DNA from: Candidatus Marinacidobacterium sp.
GTDB taxonomy: Bacteria > Acidobacteriota > Vicinamibacteria > Marinacidobacterales > Marinacidobacteraceae
Length of the DNA: 64,000 nt
NCBI GenBank assembly: GCA_965220965.1
Contig: OZ244852.1
Coordinates: 2,144,001 to 2,208,000, forward strand
Direction: 5' to 3'
The notes beneath the pieces were generated by a model. The model was not told where the DNA came from. It worked only from the letters and a program-made list of their open reading frames with translations, and ran no database searches. Made by a program: the position numbers and the translations under genes. Below, piece by piece: positions 55,080 to 64,000 of this stretch (positions are counted from its first letter, which is position 1; each line of letters opens with the position of its first letter).

Positions 55080-56039
55080 TTACCGGCCGGGGGCGACGAG
55101 GCTCTCCCAGACCTCGCCGAGTTCGAGGTGGTGGGCGAGGCGGCCGAGCGCCGCCGCGGTGTCGGCGTCGAGGGGGATTCCGAACGTGCGCCGTTGCTCC
55201 TCCACCTCGGCGATGTCAAGCCCCGGAAGGCGGACCCGCGCCCGGCGGAGCTGGTCGAGCCGCTCCACCATCCGGTTCCGGAAGCCGGCCCACGGCGCGA
55301 AGGCCCGGATCCGGAAGGCGAGGAACAGATGTCCCGTCCCCCGGTGGGTGGGCTCTGGCCGCGAATCCATCATCTCGGCGGCGAGCGCTCCGCCGCCGAG
55401 CAGCACCAGCGTCTCGAGGGCCAGCGCCAGATCGGGACCCCAGGGTTGTCCGGGGTCGTCGGCGTCGATCGCCCGATCCGGACCGGGGAGCCGGAGCGCC
55501 AGGCGGAGCGGCGGCGCGGTCTCGGCCATCGGGACCGCGAGTCCGATGCGCACCGGGGCGAAGGCCGCCGGCGCCGCCTCATCGCCGCGCTCCGGGGTCT
55601 CGTTCGAGAGCGCGATGCCGGCCATCACGTGGGGCGTCGCCAGCCCGGCGAAGAAGTCGAGCGCGCCCGGACGGTTGCTGCGGCGGACGGCGACGGCGCC
55701 CACTCCGTGGGAGTTGGCGAGCTGCGTCGCCTCCGACATGGCGCGGTGCGCGACGACCGGGCCGGGACCGTTGTCTCCGTCGAGAACCGCCACGGCGCCC
55801 GAAGAGGCCACCACCCGCAGCTCGGGCGCCGGGTTCAGGTGACGGGTCGAGAGCCCGGTGATCAGCTCCGGCAGCCACCCGACGCCGACATCGTCGGAAC
55901 CCGTGAGGCTCGCGCCGACCAGCGCGTCCGCCATCTGCGAAGCCAGGCCGCCGCCCAGCCGGACCCGTTTCAGCGCTTCGCGGACGAAGAAGTGAAGGCG
56001 GTGGTGGCGGACCCGCAACTCCGCGGCGCCGCCGCTCAC
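55080..56039 (-). CDS. Ldh_2-family (malate/lactate/ureidoglycolate dehydrogenase-like) protein, degenerate
   Basis: AVLDGDNGPG, HGVGAVAVRRSN, GHLFLAF, VRLPG, GIPL; GTG at 56039 overlaps the upstream stop. Confidence 0.72.
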   Translation of the reverse strand: MSGGAAELRVRHHRLHFFVREALKRVRLGGGLASQMADALVGASLTGSDDVGVGWLPELITGLSTRHLNPAPELRVVASSGAVAVLDGDNGPGPVVAHRAMSEATQLANSHGVGAVAVRRSNRPGALDFFAGLATPHVMAGIALSNETPERGDEAAPAAFAPVRIGLAVPMAETAPPLRLALRLPGPDRAIDADDPGQPWGPDLALALETLVLLGGGALAAEMMDSRPEPTHRGTGHLFLAFRIRAFAPWAGFRNRMVERLDQLRRARVRLPGLDIAEVEEQRRTFGIPLDADTAAALGRLAHHLELGEVWESLVAPGR

Positions 56040-57388
56040 GCGAGCAGGTCCGCGATCGGACCGGCCCATCCCCACGCCAGCACGACCACGATCCCGGCGG
56101 GCACGACCCAGCGGATCCAGAAGAGCCACAGCGCCCCCGGCGGACGCGCGGCGCCCCTTCCGGCCTCGGCGAGCGCCCGCCCGCGCGAGACGAAGAAGCC
56201 GAGCCCGATGAGCGTCAACGCCGATCCGACGGGCTGCAGGGTGGAGCCCCAGAGCAGATCGCTCCAGGCGAGGTAGTCGGCGCTCACCATGGACGGCGTC
56301 GCGAGCGGGATCTGGACGAGGATGATCGCGAGGATGACCCGCTTCCGCGTCCACCAGGAGAAGACCGCGGAGCCGGCGTCGGCCCGCTCCCGGGTCCAGG
56401 CGGCCGCCGAGTTCACGATGACCTCGAGCGCCGCCACCGCGGAGAGGAAGGCGGCGAGGAAGAGCGCGAGGAAGAAGACCGGGCCGAAGATCGCGCCTCC
56501 CGGCATGGCCGCGAACACCCGGGGGAGGGTGAAGAAGAGCAGCGGCGGCCCGGAGGCCGGGGGGATGCCGAGCGCGAAGGCCGCCGGGATGACCGCGAGC
56601 CCGCCGAGGATCGCGGCGCCGGCGTCGCCGAGCGCCGTCGAGCCGGCGAGGCGCTTCAGGCTGACCGACCCGGGGAGATAGCTGCCGTAGGCGAGGAAGA
56701 ACGTGCCGCCGAGCGAGAGGCTGAAGAAGGCCTGCCCCAGCGCAGCGAGGAACGTCGTGGCGCTGACGCGGTCCAGATCGGGCCAGAGGAGGTAGCGGAC
56801 TCCCTCGAGCGCTCCTGGCAGGGAGACCGACCGGACCGCGACCACCAGCAGACCGACGCCGACCAGGGGCATGGCGATCCGGGACAGGCGTTCGATGCCC
56901 CGGCGAACGCCGAACGCGCTGACCGCGCCCATGGCGGCGAACACCAGGACGGTTCCGCCCAGGTTCAGGCCAGTGATCCCGGAGAAGTTGGCGGCGTAGT
57001 AGGCCTCGGGATCGCCCACCGCCCCTCCCCGGACGGCGTAGAAGAGGACCTGCGCCACCACGACCGTGTAGTAGGAGGTCGCCATGAAGACGGTGAGGAA
57101 GAGCACCGAGCCGATCAGCCCCCCGCCCGGCATCCCGATCTTGCGGAACGCCCCGCCCGGACCGGACCGGGTGAGCCGTCCGAGCGACCACTCGCCGATC
57201 AGCGCCGGAACTCCGAGGACCAGCACGAAGACGGCGTAGGCGAGCACGAAGGCGCCGCCGCCGTACTGCCCCGCCATGTAGGGGAAGCGCCAGATGTTGG
57301 CGAGCCCCACGGCGACCCCGAGCAGGGCCATCGCCGCCCCGAAGCGGCTGGCGAAACGGGGCGCGTCCGCCGGCGCGCCGGAGCTCAC
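56036..57388 (-). CDS. Sodium-dependent transporter (SNF/NSS family)
   Basis: AVGLANIWRFPYMAGQYGGGAF, GQAFFSLSLG, GPPLLFFTLP. Confidence 0.92.
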   Translation of the reverse strand: MSSGAPADAPRFASRFGAAMALLGVAVGLANIWRFPYMAGQYGGGAFVLAYAVFVLVLGVPALIGEWSLGRLTRSGPGGAFRKIGMPGGGLIGSVLFLTVFMATSYYTVVVAQVLFYAVRGGAVGDPEAYYAANFSGITGLNLGGTVLVFAAMGAVSAFGVRRGIERLSRIAMPLVGVGLLVVAVRSVSLPGALEGVRYLLWPDLDRVSATTFLAALGQAFFSLSLGGTFFLAYGSYLPGSVSLKRLAGSTALGDAGAAILGGLAVIPAAFALGIPPASGPPLLFFTLPRVFAAMPGGAIFGPVFFLALFLAAFLSAVAALEVIVNSAAAWTRERADAGSAVFSWWTRKRVILAIILVQIPLATPSMVSADYLAWSDLLWGSTLQPVGSALTLIGLGFFVSRGRALAEAGRGAARPPGALWLFWIRWVVPAGIVVVLAWGWAGPIADLLA

Positions 57389-57510
57389 GGAGCGGACCGG
57401 GAGAGGCGTCGACGCTCCCGCTCGAGCCGGCGCCCGAGGAGCGCCAGGCGGAGGATGTACCCCGCGAGCAGCGCGAAGAACGCCGCGTAGCCGCCGACCA
57501 GGAACTCCAT
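57385..57510 (-). CDS. ccmD: CcmD-family small membrane protein
   Basis: MEFLVGGYAAFFALLAGYILRLALLGRRLERE; TGATG overlap with ccmC. Confidence 0.7.
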   Translation of the reverse strand: MEFLVGGYAAFFALLAGYILRLALLGRRLERERRRLSRSAP

Positions 57511-58196
57511 CACGCCTCCTCGAGGAGGACGCGCTGGCGGAGCGTCTCGACCGAACGGGCCTCGTGCTCGAGCCGCACCCTCCAGCGGTAGAGCCAGACG
57601 AAGAGCAGCGTGAAGGCCGCCAGGCAGACCACCAGCGCGATCGCCATGTCGGGGTGGAGCCCGGAGTCGGGGCCGCCCATGATGACCGGAGCGGGGTGCT
57701 GGGTTCGCCACCACCGGATCGAGAAATACACGATGGGGACGTCGGCGGCCCCGAGGATGCCGAGCGCCGCGGCCAGGTTGGCCCGCCGCACCGGGTCCTC
57801 GACGGCTTCCCGCAGCAGCAGGTAGCCGACGTAGATGAGCCACAGCACGAAGGCGGTCGTGAGACGGGCGTCCCAGGTCCACCAGATGCCCCAGGCCGGC
57901 TTCGCCCAGATCATCCCCATGGCGAGGCCCGCCGTGGTGAACAGCACCCCGATCTCGGCGGCGGCGAAGGCCGCGGCGTCGTACGACTCGCGGCGCTTCC
58001 ACAACCAGCCGATGCTCGCGCCGGCGACCACGAAGAAGGCCCCGAAGGCCAGCCACCAGGACGCCAGGTGGAAGTAGAAGAGCCGCTGCAGGTTCCCCAT
58101 GGTCCGTTCCTCGGGCGCGTAGAGGAAGACCATCGCGAGAGCGACCGCCATGGCGAGCGCCGTGAGCAGACCGAAAACGCCCGATTTCAAGGTCAT
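57510..58196 (-). CDS. ccmC: Heme exporter / cytochrome c biogenesis protein CcmC
   Basis: YFHLASWW, WAKPAWGIWWTWDARLT (WWD motif), SIRWWRTQHP. Confidence 0.9.
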   Translation of the reverse strand: MTLKSGVFGLLTALAMAVALAMVFLYAPEERTMGNLQRLFYFHLASWWLAFGAFFVVAGASIGWLWKRRESYDAAAFAAAEIGVLFTTAGLAMGMIWAKPAWGIWWTWDARLTTAFVLWLIYVGYLLLREAVEDPVRRANLAAALGILGAADVPIVYFSIRWWRTQHPAPVIMGGPDSGLHPDMAIALVVCLAAFTLLFVWLYRWRVRLEHEARSVETLRQRVLLEEA

Positions 58197-58264
58197 TGCT
58201 GGGGGGCTTCTCGGGGGGAACACCGCCCGGAAACGGGCGGCTGCGCCCGGAATATACTCGGGCG

Positions 58265-59089
58265 ATGCTCTCCAGACTCCTTCCGGTATTCGGTCTCGTT
58301 CTCGGGTTCGGGGCGGTTCCGGTCGCGGAATCGCAGGTTCTCCCCGCCTCGAACGACCGCGCCCGCGAGCGGCTCAACGCCTCGCCGCGGCACGGGGAGT
58401 GGGTTTCCATTCCGACGGAGAGCGGCCCGGTGGAGTCCTGGATCGTCTACCCGGAGCGCTCCGACAACGCGCCGGTGGTTATCGTCATCCACGAGATCTA
58501 CGGCCTCACCGACTGGATCCGCGCGGTCGCCGACGAACTGGCGAACAGCGGCTTCATCGCGGTCGCGCCGGACCTGCTGAGCGGCAAGGGTCCGGACGGC
58601 GGACGAACCGACTCGGTGGATCGCGACGGCGCGGTCGCGCTGGTGCGGGCGCTCGACGCGGCGGAGGTCCATGCCCGACTGGGCTCGGTCGCCGCGTGGG
58701 CGACGGCGCTTCCCGCCGCCCGCGCCGAGTACGGCGTCGTCGGCTTCTGCTGGGGCGGGCGCACCAGCTTCACGCTGGCGACCGCAGACGCCGACCTCGG
58801 CGCCGCCGTCGTCTACTACGGGACCTCGCCCGACGGGGAGGCGCTCCAGCAGGTGGAGGCGCCGGTCCTCGGGCTCTACGGCGAGGACGACGCCCGGGTG
58901 AACGCGACGGTGCCGGACGCCAAGGCGCGGATGGACGAGCTCGGCAAGATCTTCGAGATCCACACCTTCGACGGCGCCGGGCACGGATTCCTTCGCGCCC
59001 AGGAGGACCGCGAGGGCCGCAATCTCACCGCCTCGATGCAGGCCTGGCCGCGGACCGTCCGGTTCTTCCGGGAGCACCTCGGGTCCTGA
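58265..59089 (+). CDS. Dienelactone hydrolase family protein (secreted)
   Basis: IHEIYGL, GFCWGG nucleophile motif, GAGHGF; ATG at 58265. Confidence 0.9.
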   Translation: MLSRLLPVFGLVLGFGAVPVAESQVLPASNDRARERLNASPRHGEWVSIPTESGPVESWIVYPERSDNAPVVIVIHEIYGLTDWIRAVADELANSGFIAVAPDLLSGKGPDGGRTDSVDRDGAVALVRALDAAEVHARLGSVAAWATALPAARAEYGVVGFCWGGRTSFTLATADADLGAAVVYYGTSPDGEALQQVEAPVLGLYGEDDARVNATVPDAKARMDELGKIFEIHTFDGAGHGFLRAQEDREGRNLTASMQAWPRTVRFFREHLGS

Positions 59090-59107
59090 GCCGGGGCCCC
59101 GAACGGC

Positions 59108-60553
59108 CTACCGGACCAGGGTGAACGGGCGAACCGTCTCGTAGACCTCTTCGCGGTACTGGATCCGTATCCCGAGTTCGTAGCTCCCGGGCGGGAAGTC
59201 CGCCAGCTCGATCTCGGCGTTGGCGGCGGCCTGCTCGGTGGTGGCCGGTAGCCGCTCGGGCCGGATGAAGCCGGTGTCCCGGCCGTCGCGGCGCAGGGTG
59301 TACTCCGCCACGATATCGGGGAGCCCGCCGTCGTCTTCCCGGTCGCCGACGTAGAAGTAGTAGAACGCGCCGAGCGTCTCGGTCTGCCGGAAAACGCCGC
59401 TGGCCCTCGGGTGGAAGTGCGTCCGGCCGAACTGGAAGGCGCGCCCGGGCGCCCCGGCGGCGTACTCCAGGGTGGTCGTCGTCCCGTCATAGAGGACGAC
59501 GGAGGAGAACGCCGGCTCGGAAGCCGGGAACGCGGGCGCCTCGATCTCGATCCCGGCCGTCCCGTAAGCGTCCGACTGCTCGTCCACGACCCCGAGGAGA
59601 AGGCGGCGGGGCCCCGGCGGCACAACGAGCGAGGCCTCCAGCCGGGCGGTGGCCCCGGCCGGAACGAGTCCGGTGTGGGCCGCTTCCCAGCGGAAGACGC
59701 CGCCGCCGGGAGGCCCCTCCTCAGCCCGGGCGGCCTCCGCGTCCACCGCGTGGGCGAACACCGAGAGCGCGGCCTGGCCGTCGGTCCCGACGGCGAAGGC
59801 GTCGGCTTCCGCCTCGAAGAGGAGCGCCACGTAGGTCGCGTCATCGGCCTCGCGGAAGTAGGCCGGAGTCACCCGAAAGCCGATTCCGGAGGTCTGCGGC
59901 GACTGGACGAGGTCCCGAAGCACCCTCCGCGCCCGGTCGGAGCCGCCGGCGGGGAGGTTCGGGACGATGAGGCGGCCCGAAGGGTCGTGCTCGAATCCGA
60001 TCTCCGGGCGGGTGATGAGGCGGCGGCGCATGTCTTCGAGCGCCGCATCCACCGCGTCCCGGTTCTCCAGCCACAGGCTTCCGTCCTCGTCCCGCCGGTA
60101 CTGGGCCTCGAGGTCCCCGGCGAGCCCGCTGGCCGGGTCGGCCCGGTAGACCCACAGCAGGCCCTCGAGCGCGCTCTCGGTCGCGGGCTGGGGCAGGGCC
60201 GAGACCGGCATCCCGAGAAGGACGAACACCCGGGCGCGATCCCCGCCGCCGTAGCCGCCGTCGGCGCTGAAGGTGCGATCGGCGAGCCGCACCCGCGCCA
60301 GGTAGTGATCGAGGGTCTCGTTGGCGGCGGTCTCCGGGACCGGATCGCGGCGCATCCAGAACAACCGCCGGAACGCGGCGCGATCATCGGCGCCGACGGC
60401 GCGCACGTAGACCCGGCGCTCCTCCGAGGTCATGAGGAACGACTCGAGCCAGCCCAGCTCGGTCGGGGACGGGCGGTCGCCCTGGGCGAAAGCGCCCGGG
60501 GCTTCCGCGAAGACGAGCGCAGCCAGCGCGAAGGCGGCGACGGACTGGCGCAT
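59108..60553 (-). CDS. GWxTD-like domain protein (degenerate motif)
   Basis: Signal peptide, FWMRRDPVPETAANE..YLARVRLAD, GYGGGDRARVFVLLGMP, Ig-like C-terminus. Confidence 0.75.
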   Translation of the reverse strand: MRQSVAAFALAALVFAEAPGAFAQGDRPSPTELGWLESFLMTSEERRVYVRAVGADDRAAFRRLFWMRRDPVPETAANETLDHYLARVRLADRTFSADGGYGGGDRARVFVLLGMPVSALPQPATESALEGLLWVYRADPASGLAGDLEAQYRRDEDGSLWLENRDAVDAALEDMRRRLITRPEIGFEHDPSGRLIVPNLPAGGSDRARRVLRDLVQSPQTSGIGFRVTPAYFREADDATYVALLFEAEADAFAVGTDGQAALSVFAHAVDAEAARAEEGPPGGGVFRWEAAHTGLVPAGATARLEASLVVPPGPRRLLLGVVDEQSDAYGTAGIEIEAPAFPASEPAFSSVVLYDGTTTTLEYAAGAPGRAFQFGRTHFHPRASGVFRQTETLGAFYYFYVGDREDDGGLPDIVAEYTLRRDGRDTGFIRPERLPATTEQAAANAEIELADFPPGSYELGIRIQYREEVYETVRPFTLVR

Positions 60554-60608
60554 GCGGCCAGACTAGCGCGGCATCAGCGCGGCTCTTCGGACCGGTACGA
60601 TCCCGCTC

Positions 60609-61859
60609 ATGGAGGGCTTCGCGCTCGCTCGGGGAGGTCCGCCACCCGAGCCGGCGCCGGCGTGGCCCGGCTCGCCTTCGGAGAGCGAGACGCTCCTCGA
60701 AGAGCTCGACGCGCGGACGCGTCGGGGGGAGCTGGAGCGCGGCGCGACCGAAGGCGTTCCCGCCTTTCGGGGGGAGTTCTGGACCGCCCGGCAGCGGCAG
60801 GCGCACCGCATCCACGAGGTGAGTTACCGGGCCTGCTTCAAGCCGCAGCTTCCCCGTTTCTTCATCGAGCGGCTCAGCCGTCCCGGAGAGGTCGTCTACG
60901 ACCCGTTCCTGGGCCGGGGGACGACGGCGGTGGAGGCGGCGCTGCTCGGCCGGACGCCCTTCGGAAACGACGTGAACCCGCTGAGCCGGGCGTTCGCCGA
61001 GCCGCGCGTTCACAGCCCGGCGCTCTCCGAAGTCGAGCGGCGACTCGAGGAGATCCCGTGGGACGCCTTCCGGACCGTGGAGCGCGAGGACCTTCTGGCC
61101 TTCTACCACCCGGACACGCTGGCGGAGGTCGAGGGCCTGCGCGGCTGGCTTCTCGGACGCGAGCGGGAGGGCGAACTCGACCAGGTCGACCGCTGGATCC
61201 GGATGGTCGCGCTGAACCGCCTCACCGGCCACTCCTCGGGGTTCTTCTCGGTCTACACCCTCCCTCCGAACCAGGCGGTCTCGGTGGAGCGGCAGCGGCG
61301 GATCAACGACCGGCGCGGTCAGACGCCCCCGCGTCGGGATGTCCGTCTCCGCATCGCTAGGAAGTCCCGGAGCCTGCTCGGCAGGGGCGCTCCCGACGTC
61401 CGGCGGAGCCTGTTCCTGACCGGCCCTGCGGACCGGACCCCCCGGATCCGGGCCAATTCGGTCGCGCTGGTCGTGACCTCGCCGCCGTTCCTGGACGTGG
61501 TCCACTACGCCGCCGACAACTGGCTTCGCTGGTGGTTCCTCGGCGTGGACCCGGAGGCGGTCCCGATCACCCGGCTCCGGAACCTGGAGGCGTGGCGCGC
61601 CTTCATCCGGTCGACGCTCGTCGAACTGAGCCGCGTTCTCCGGCCCGGCGGGCGCATCGCCTTCGAGGTCGGGGAGGTGCGGAAGGGAACGGTCCGCCTC
61701 GAGGAGACGGTGATCCGGGCCGCCCGCGGCCTGGCGCTCGAACCGGTCGCGGTCCTGCACCACCAGCAGCGGTTCACCAAGACCGCGAACTGCTGGGGCG
61801 TCTCGAACAACCGAAGCGGCACGAACAGCCAGCGCATCGTGGTGTTCCGCCGGATCTGA
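60609..61859 (+). CDS. Orphan site-specific DNA methyltransferase (N4-C/N6-A family)
   Basis: SYRACFKPQLP, YDPFLGRGTT (motif I), VVTSPPF (motif IV), RVLRPGG. Confidence 0.85.
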   Translation: MEGFALARGGPPPEPAPAWPGSPSESETLLEELDARTRRGELERGATEGVPAFRGEFWTARQRQAHRIHEVSYRACFKPQLPRFFIERLSRPGEVVYDPFLGRGTTAVEAALLGRTPFGNDVNPLSRAFAEPRVHSPALSEVERRLEEIPWDAFRTVEREDLLAFYHPDTLAEVEGLRGWLLGREREGELDQVDRWIRMVALNRLTGHSSGFFSVYTLPPNQAVSVERQRRINDRRGQTPPRRDVRLRIARKSRSLLGRGAPDVRRSLFLTGPADRTPRIRANSVALVVTSPPFLDVVHYAADNWLRWWFLGVDPEAVPITRLRNLEAWRAFIRSTLVELSRVLRPGGRIAFEVGEVRKGTVRLEETVIRAARGLALEPVAVLHHQQRFTKTANCWGVSNNRSGTNSQRIVVFRRI

Positions 61860-61903
61860 CACCCGGCAGGCGCCGGATCTCCGGTGGTAATCTGCAGGGC
61901 GCG

Positions 61904-62344
61904 ATGTTGAGACGGAGCTTTCTCGGAACGTTGGGGATCCTTGTAACCCGCGCCGCCCTTGGCCGGGCGGACACAAGGGAAGTCGTCGTCGAGGGTCGCG
62001 CCGTGTGCCTGAAGGACGGCGTCCCGGGCCCGGTGGACGGCTGCGCCTACGGAGACCCGTTCGCGATCGAGGCGGACGACGGCGTGATCCATCCGCTGGA
62101 CCCCGCCGACCTTCGAGTCGAGATCCTGACGGATGAGCGGGTGACCCGGCACCCCCTCGAGGTGACGCTCTTCGTCGAGGACGGGATCGGCAAGATCCTG
62201 CACCTCCACACGATCCAGGACGGCGAGCGGATCGAGCCCTACTACTTCTGCTTCACCTGCAACATCACGTCGCATCTCCCGGGACCCTGCTGGTGCTGCC
62301 AGCAGGAGTTCGACTTCATGGAGCGACCGGCCCGGCGCGGGTAG
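61904..62344 (+). CDS. Hypothetical Tat-signal protein with C-terminal Cys cluster
   Basis: MLRRSFL; YYFCFTCNITSHLPGPCWCCQ. Confidence 0.72.
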   Translation: MLRRSFLGTLGILVTRAALGRADTREVVVEGRAVCLKDGVPGPVDGCAYGDPFAIEADDGVIHPLDPADLRVEILTDERVTRHPLEVTLFVEDGIGKILHLHTIQDGERIEPYYFCFTCNITSHLPGPCWCCQQEFDFMERPARRG

Positions 62345-62389
62345 GTCGGGCCGGCCCAGGGACGCGGCTCGTCCGGTCCGGCGGCGCTT

Positions 62390-64000
62390 CTATCCCGGGA
62401 CCCAGTACCAGGTGAGCTTCAGGATGAGGTCCCTGGTCTTGGCCACATCGGCGGAGTCGAACCCGTACGGACGCCGGTCGTTGTAGACCAGATAGAGGTC
62501 GCTGCCCGGACGCCAGGTCCAGCGGAACTGCACGTTCGCTGAGAAGTCCCCGTCGTCGTCGTTCCACTGGAGAAGGGCCCGGACGAAGGCGTCCGGTGAG
62601 AGCGCGGCCAGCGCCCGCAGCACGATCAGGTTCGTGTTGAAGTCGCCGCCTTCCTGGGGAAGCCGGATCTCGTTCCGCGAGTAGTTCACCTGGAGCCGCA
62701 GCCGCGGATGGGGGCGGACGGCGACGCCCGGGGAGAGGATGCGCAGCCGGCCATCGAAGAAGCCGCTGTTCATCGCAAAGAGATTCAGCGAGACCCGACG
62801 GCTGCGTGAGGTCTCGGCCATCGTCATGAACCTGGTGTTCCAGTACTCGCCGTCGTCGATCACGACCCCGTCGCGGAGCTCGAAGGAGCTGTCGAGCCCT
62901 TCGACCTCCCGCCCCACGTTGAAGAAGAAACTGCTGCCGTCTTCGAACAGGAAGTAGGGGCCGGTCTCGATCGCTCCGCTCTGGACGGTTCCATCCGGAT
63001 CGGTGATCCACACGAAACCGGAGCCCATGAAGATCTGGCGGATGCCGAAGCGTCCGGGACGGGGCTTGAACATGGCGTTCCCCATCACCTTGCGGATGCC
63101 GCTCCGAGGCACGTACCCCATGGGCGAATCGAAGTCCTCGCCGATGTGGACATAGTCCGCGTAGGCCCCCCACAGGTCGTTCACCGCCTCGGCGTGGAGC
63201 CCGAGCGCGGCGCTGTCCGAGGCCGATCCAGCCGCTCCGTCGGGCGCCGAAGCCCGGGCGACGAACCCGCTGACCCGGGAGAACTCGTTCGCCGCCCACG
63301 AGAAGTCCGCGGCGGCGACGCGGTGGGACAGGCCCCCGACTTCCGTCCGGTCCAGCGCGAGGACGCCGACGGAACTGCGGTCGAGCACATCGCGCCGCAG
63401 GCGGATCGCCGAGAACCCGGTGGCCGGGGACGCGCCGGCGACTTCCTGCTGGCGGATGTGGAACGCGCCCACATCGGTGGCGCCCAGCTTGCCGGTGATG
63501 CGGGCGCCGCCCAGGATCGGCACGATGTCGCCGTCCTCGGAGAGGCCGATGCGGCGGCTGAAGAAGAGCAGCGTCTGGGGCGGGTCGAAGGGCTGGGTGA
63601 CCTCACCGACCTGGAACAGTCCGGCGTTCTCGAGGAAGAACTCCCGCTGCTCGGGGAAGAAGAGCTCGAAGCGGGTCAGGTTCACCTGCTGCTCGTCGGC
63701 CTCGACCTGGGCGAAGTCGGTGTTCATGGTCAGGTCGAGGTTCAGATTGGGGCCGAGCGCGACCTTCGCATCCAGACCGAGGTCGCCGCCGTTGTCCCGC
63801 TCCTCCACGCCGCCGGTCGAGTGGGCCACGCCGAACGGCTTCAGCTTCACCCGGCCGCCGGGCTGCGCCGGACCGAGACCCTCGAGCTCGCCGTACGCCG
63901 AGACCCGCCAGCGCGCGTTGAAGCCCCAGTCATTGCTGATCTCGGCCCACCAGCTCGCCTCGCGGGTGCGGGCCACGCTGCGCCCGAAGTTCAACCCGAA
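62390..64000 (-). CDS. DUF5916-type outer-membrane protein (partial, paralog of 36592-38817)
   Basis: LDLTMNTDFAQVEADEQQVNLTRFELFFPEQREFFLEN, LFFSRRIG; frame is open to the window edge. Confidence 0.85.
   Translation of the reverse strand, partial: FGLNFGRSVARTREASWWAEISNDWGFNARWRVSAYGELEGLGPAQPGGRVKLKPFGVAHSTGGVEERDNGGDLGLDAKVALGPNLNLDLTMNTDFAQVEADEQQVNLTRFELFFPEQREFFLENAGLFQVGEVTQPFDPPQTLLFFSRRIGLSEDGDIVPILGGARITGKLGATDVGAFHIRQQEVAGASPATGFSAIRLRRDVLDRSSVGVLALDRTEVGGLSHRVAAADFSWAANEFSRVSGFVARASAPDGAAGSASDSAALGLHAEAVNDLWGAYADYVHIGEDFDSPMGYVPRSGIRKVMGNAMFKPRPGRFGIRQIFMGSGFVWITDPDGTVQSGAIETGPYFLFEDGSSFFFNVGREVEGLDSSFELRDGVVIDDGEYWNTRFMTMAETSRSRRVSLNLFAMNSGFFDGRLRILSPGVAVRPHPRLRLQVNYSRNEIRLPQEGGDFNTNLIVLRALAALSPDAFVRALLQWNDDDGDFSANVQFRWTWRPGSDLYLVYNDRRPYGFDSADVAKTRDLILKLTWYWVPG

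Noticed and set aside
1-64000. tRNA, rRNA, CRISPR-cas, prophage or integrase
   Set aside because: No such sequences or motifs recognised by eye; tRNAscan-SE or Infernal would be needed to exclude small RNAs fully.

Overview
Very GC-rich, gene-dense bacterial chromosome window. The gene inventory (two GWxTD-type proteins, a TPR + CRTAC1/ASPIC-UnbV pair, two DUF5916-type proteins, a PD40-Omp85 protein) suggests Acidobacteriota; this is an inference. About 58 real CDSs can be picked out of many shadow ORFs, including polA, dprA, mutM, ogt, ccmC/ccmD, a cyclophilin, a two-subunit CoA-transferase and several Tat-exported redox enzymes. No rRNA, tRNA, CRISPR array, integrase or intact transposase was seen. 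Most notable: (1) a ~185-200 bp two-copy inverted-repeat element whose stems co-vary between copies and whose mismatches are mostly G.U on one strand; (2) a candidate sRNA with an extended -10 box and two C-rich-loop hairpins; (3) a circularly permuted ATP-grasp/alpha-E/transglutaminase operon running into an anti-sigma/STAS pair, with no peptidase gene; (4) a TPR-lipoprotein-(metallopeptidase/PD40/Omp85) envelope operon; (5) several toxin-less or decayed antitoxin loci; (6) repeated signs of leaderless transcription and non-canonical start codons. All family calls come from motif recognition by eye, not from database searches.
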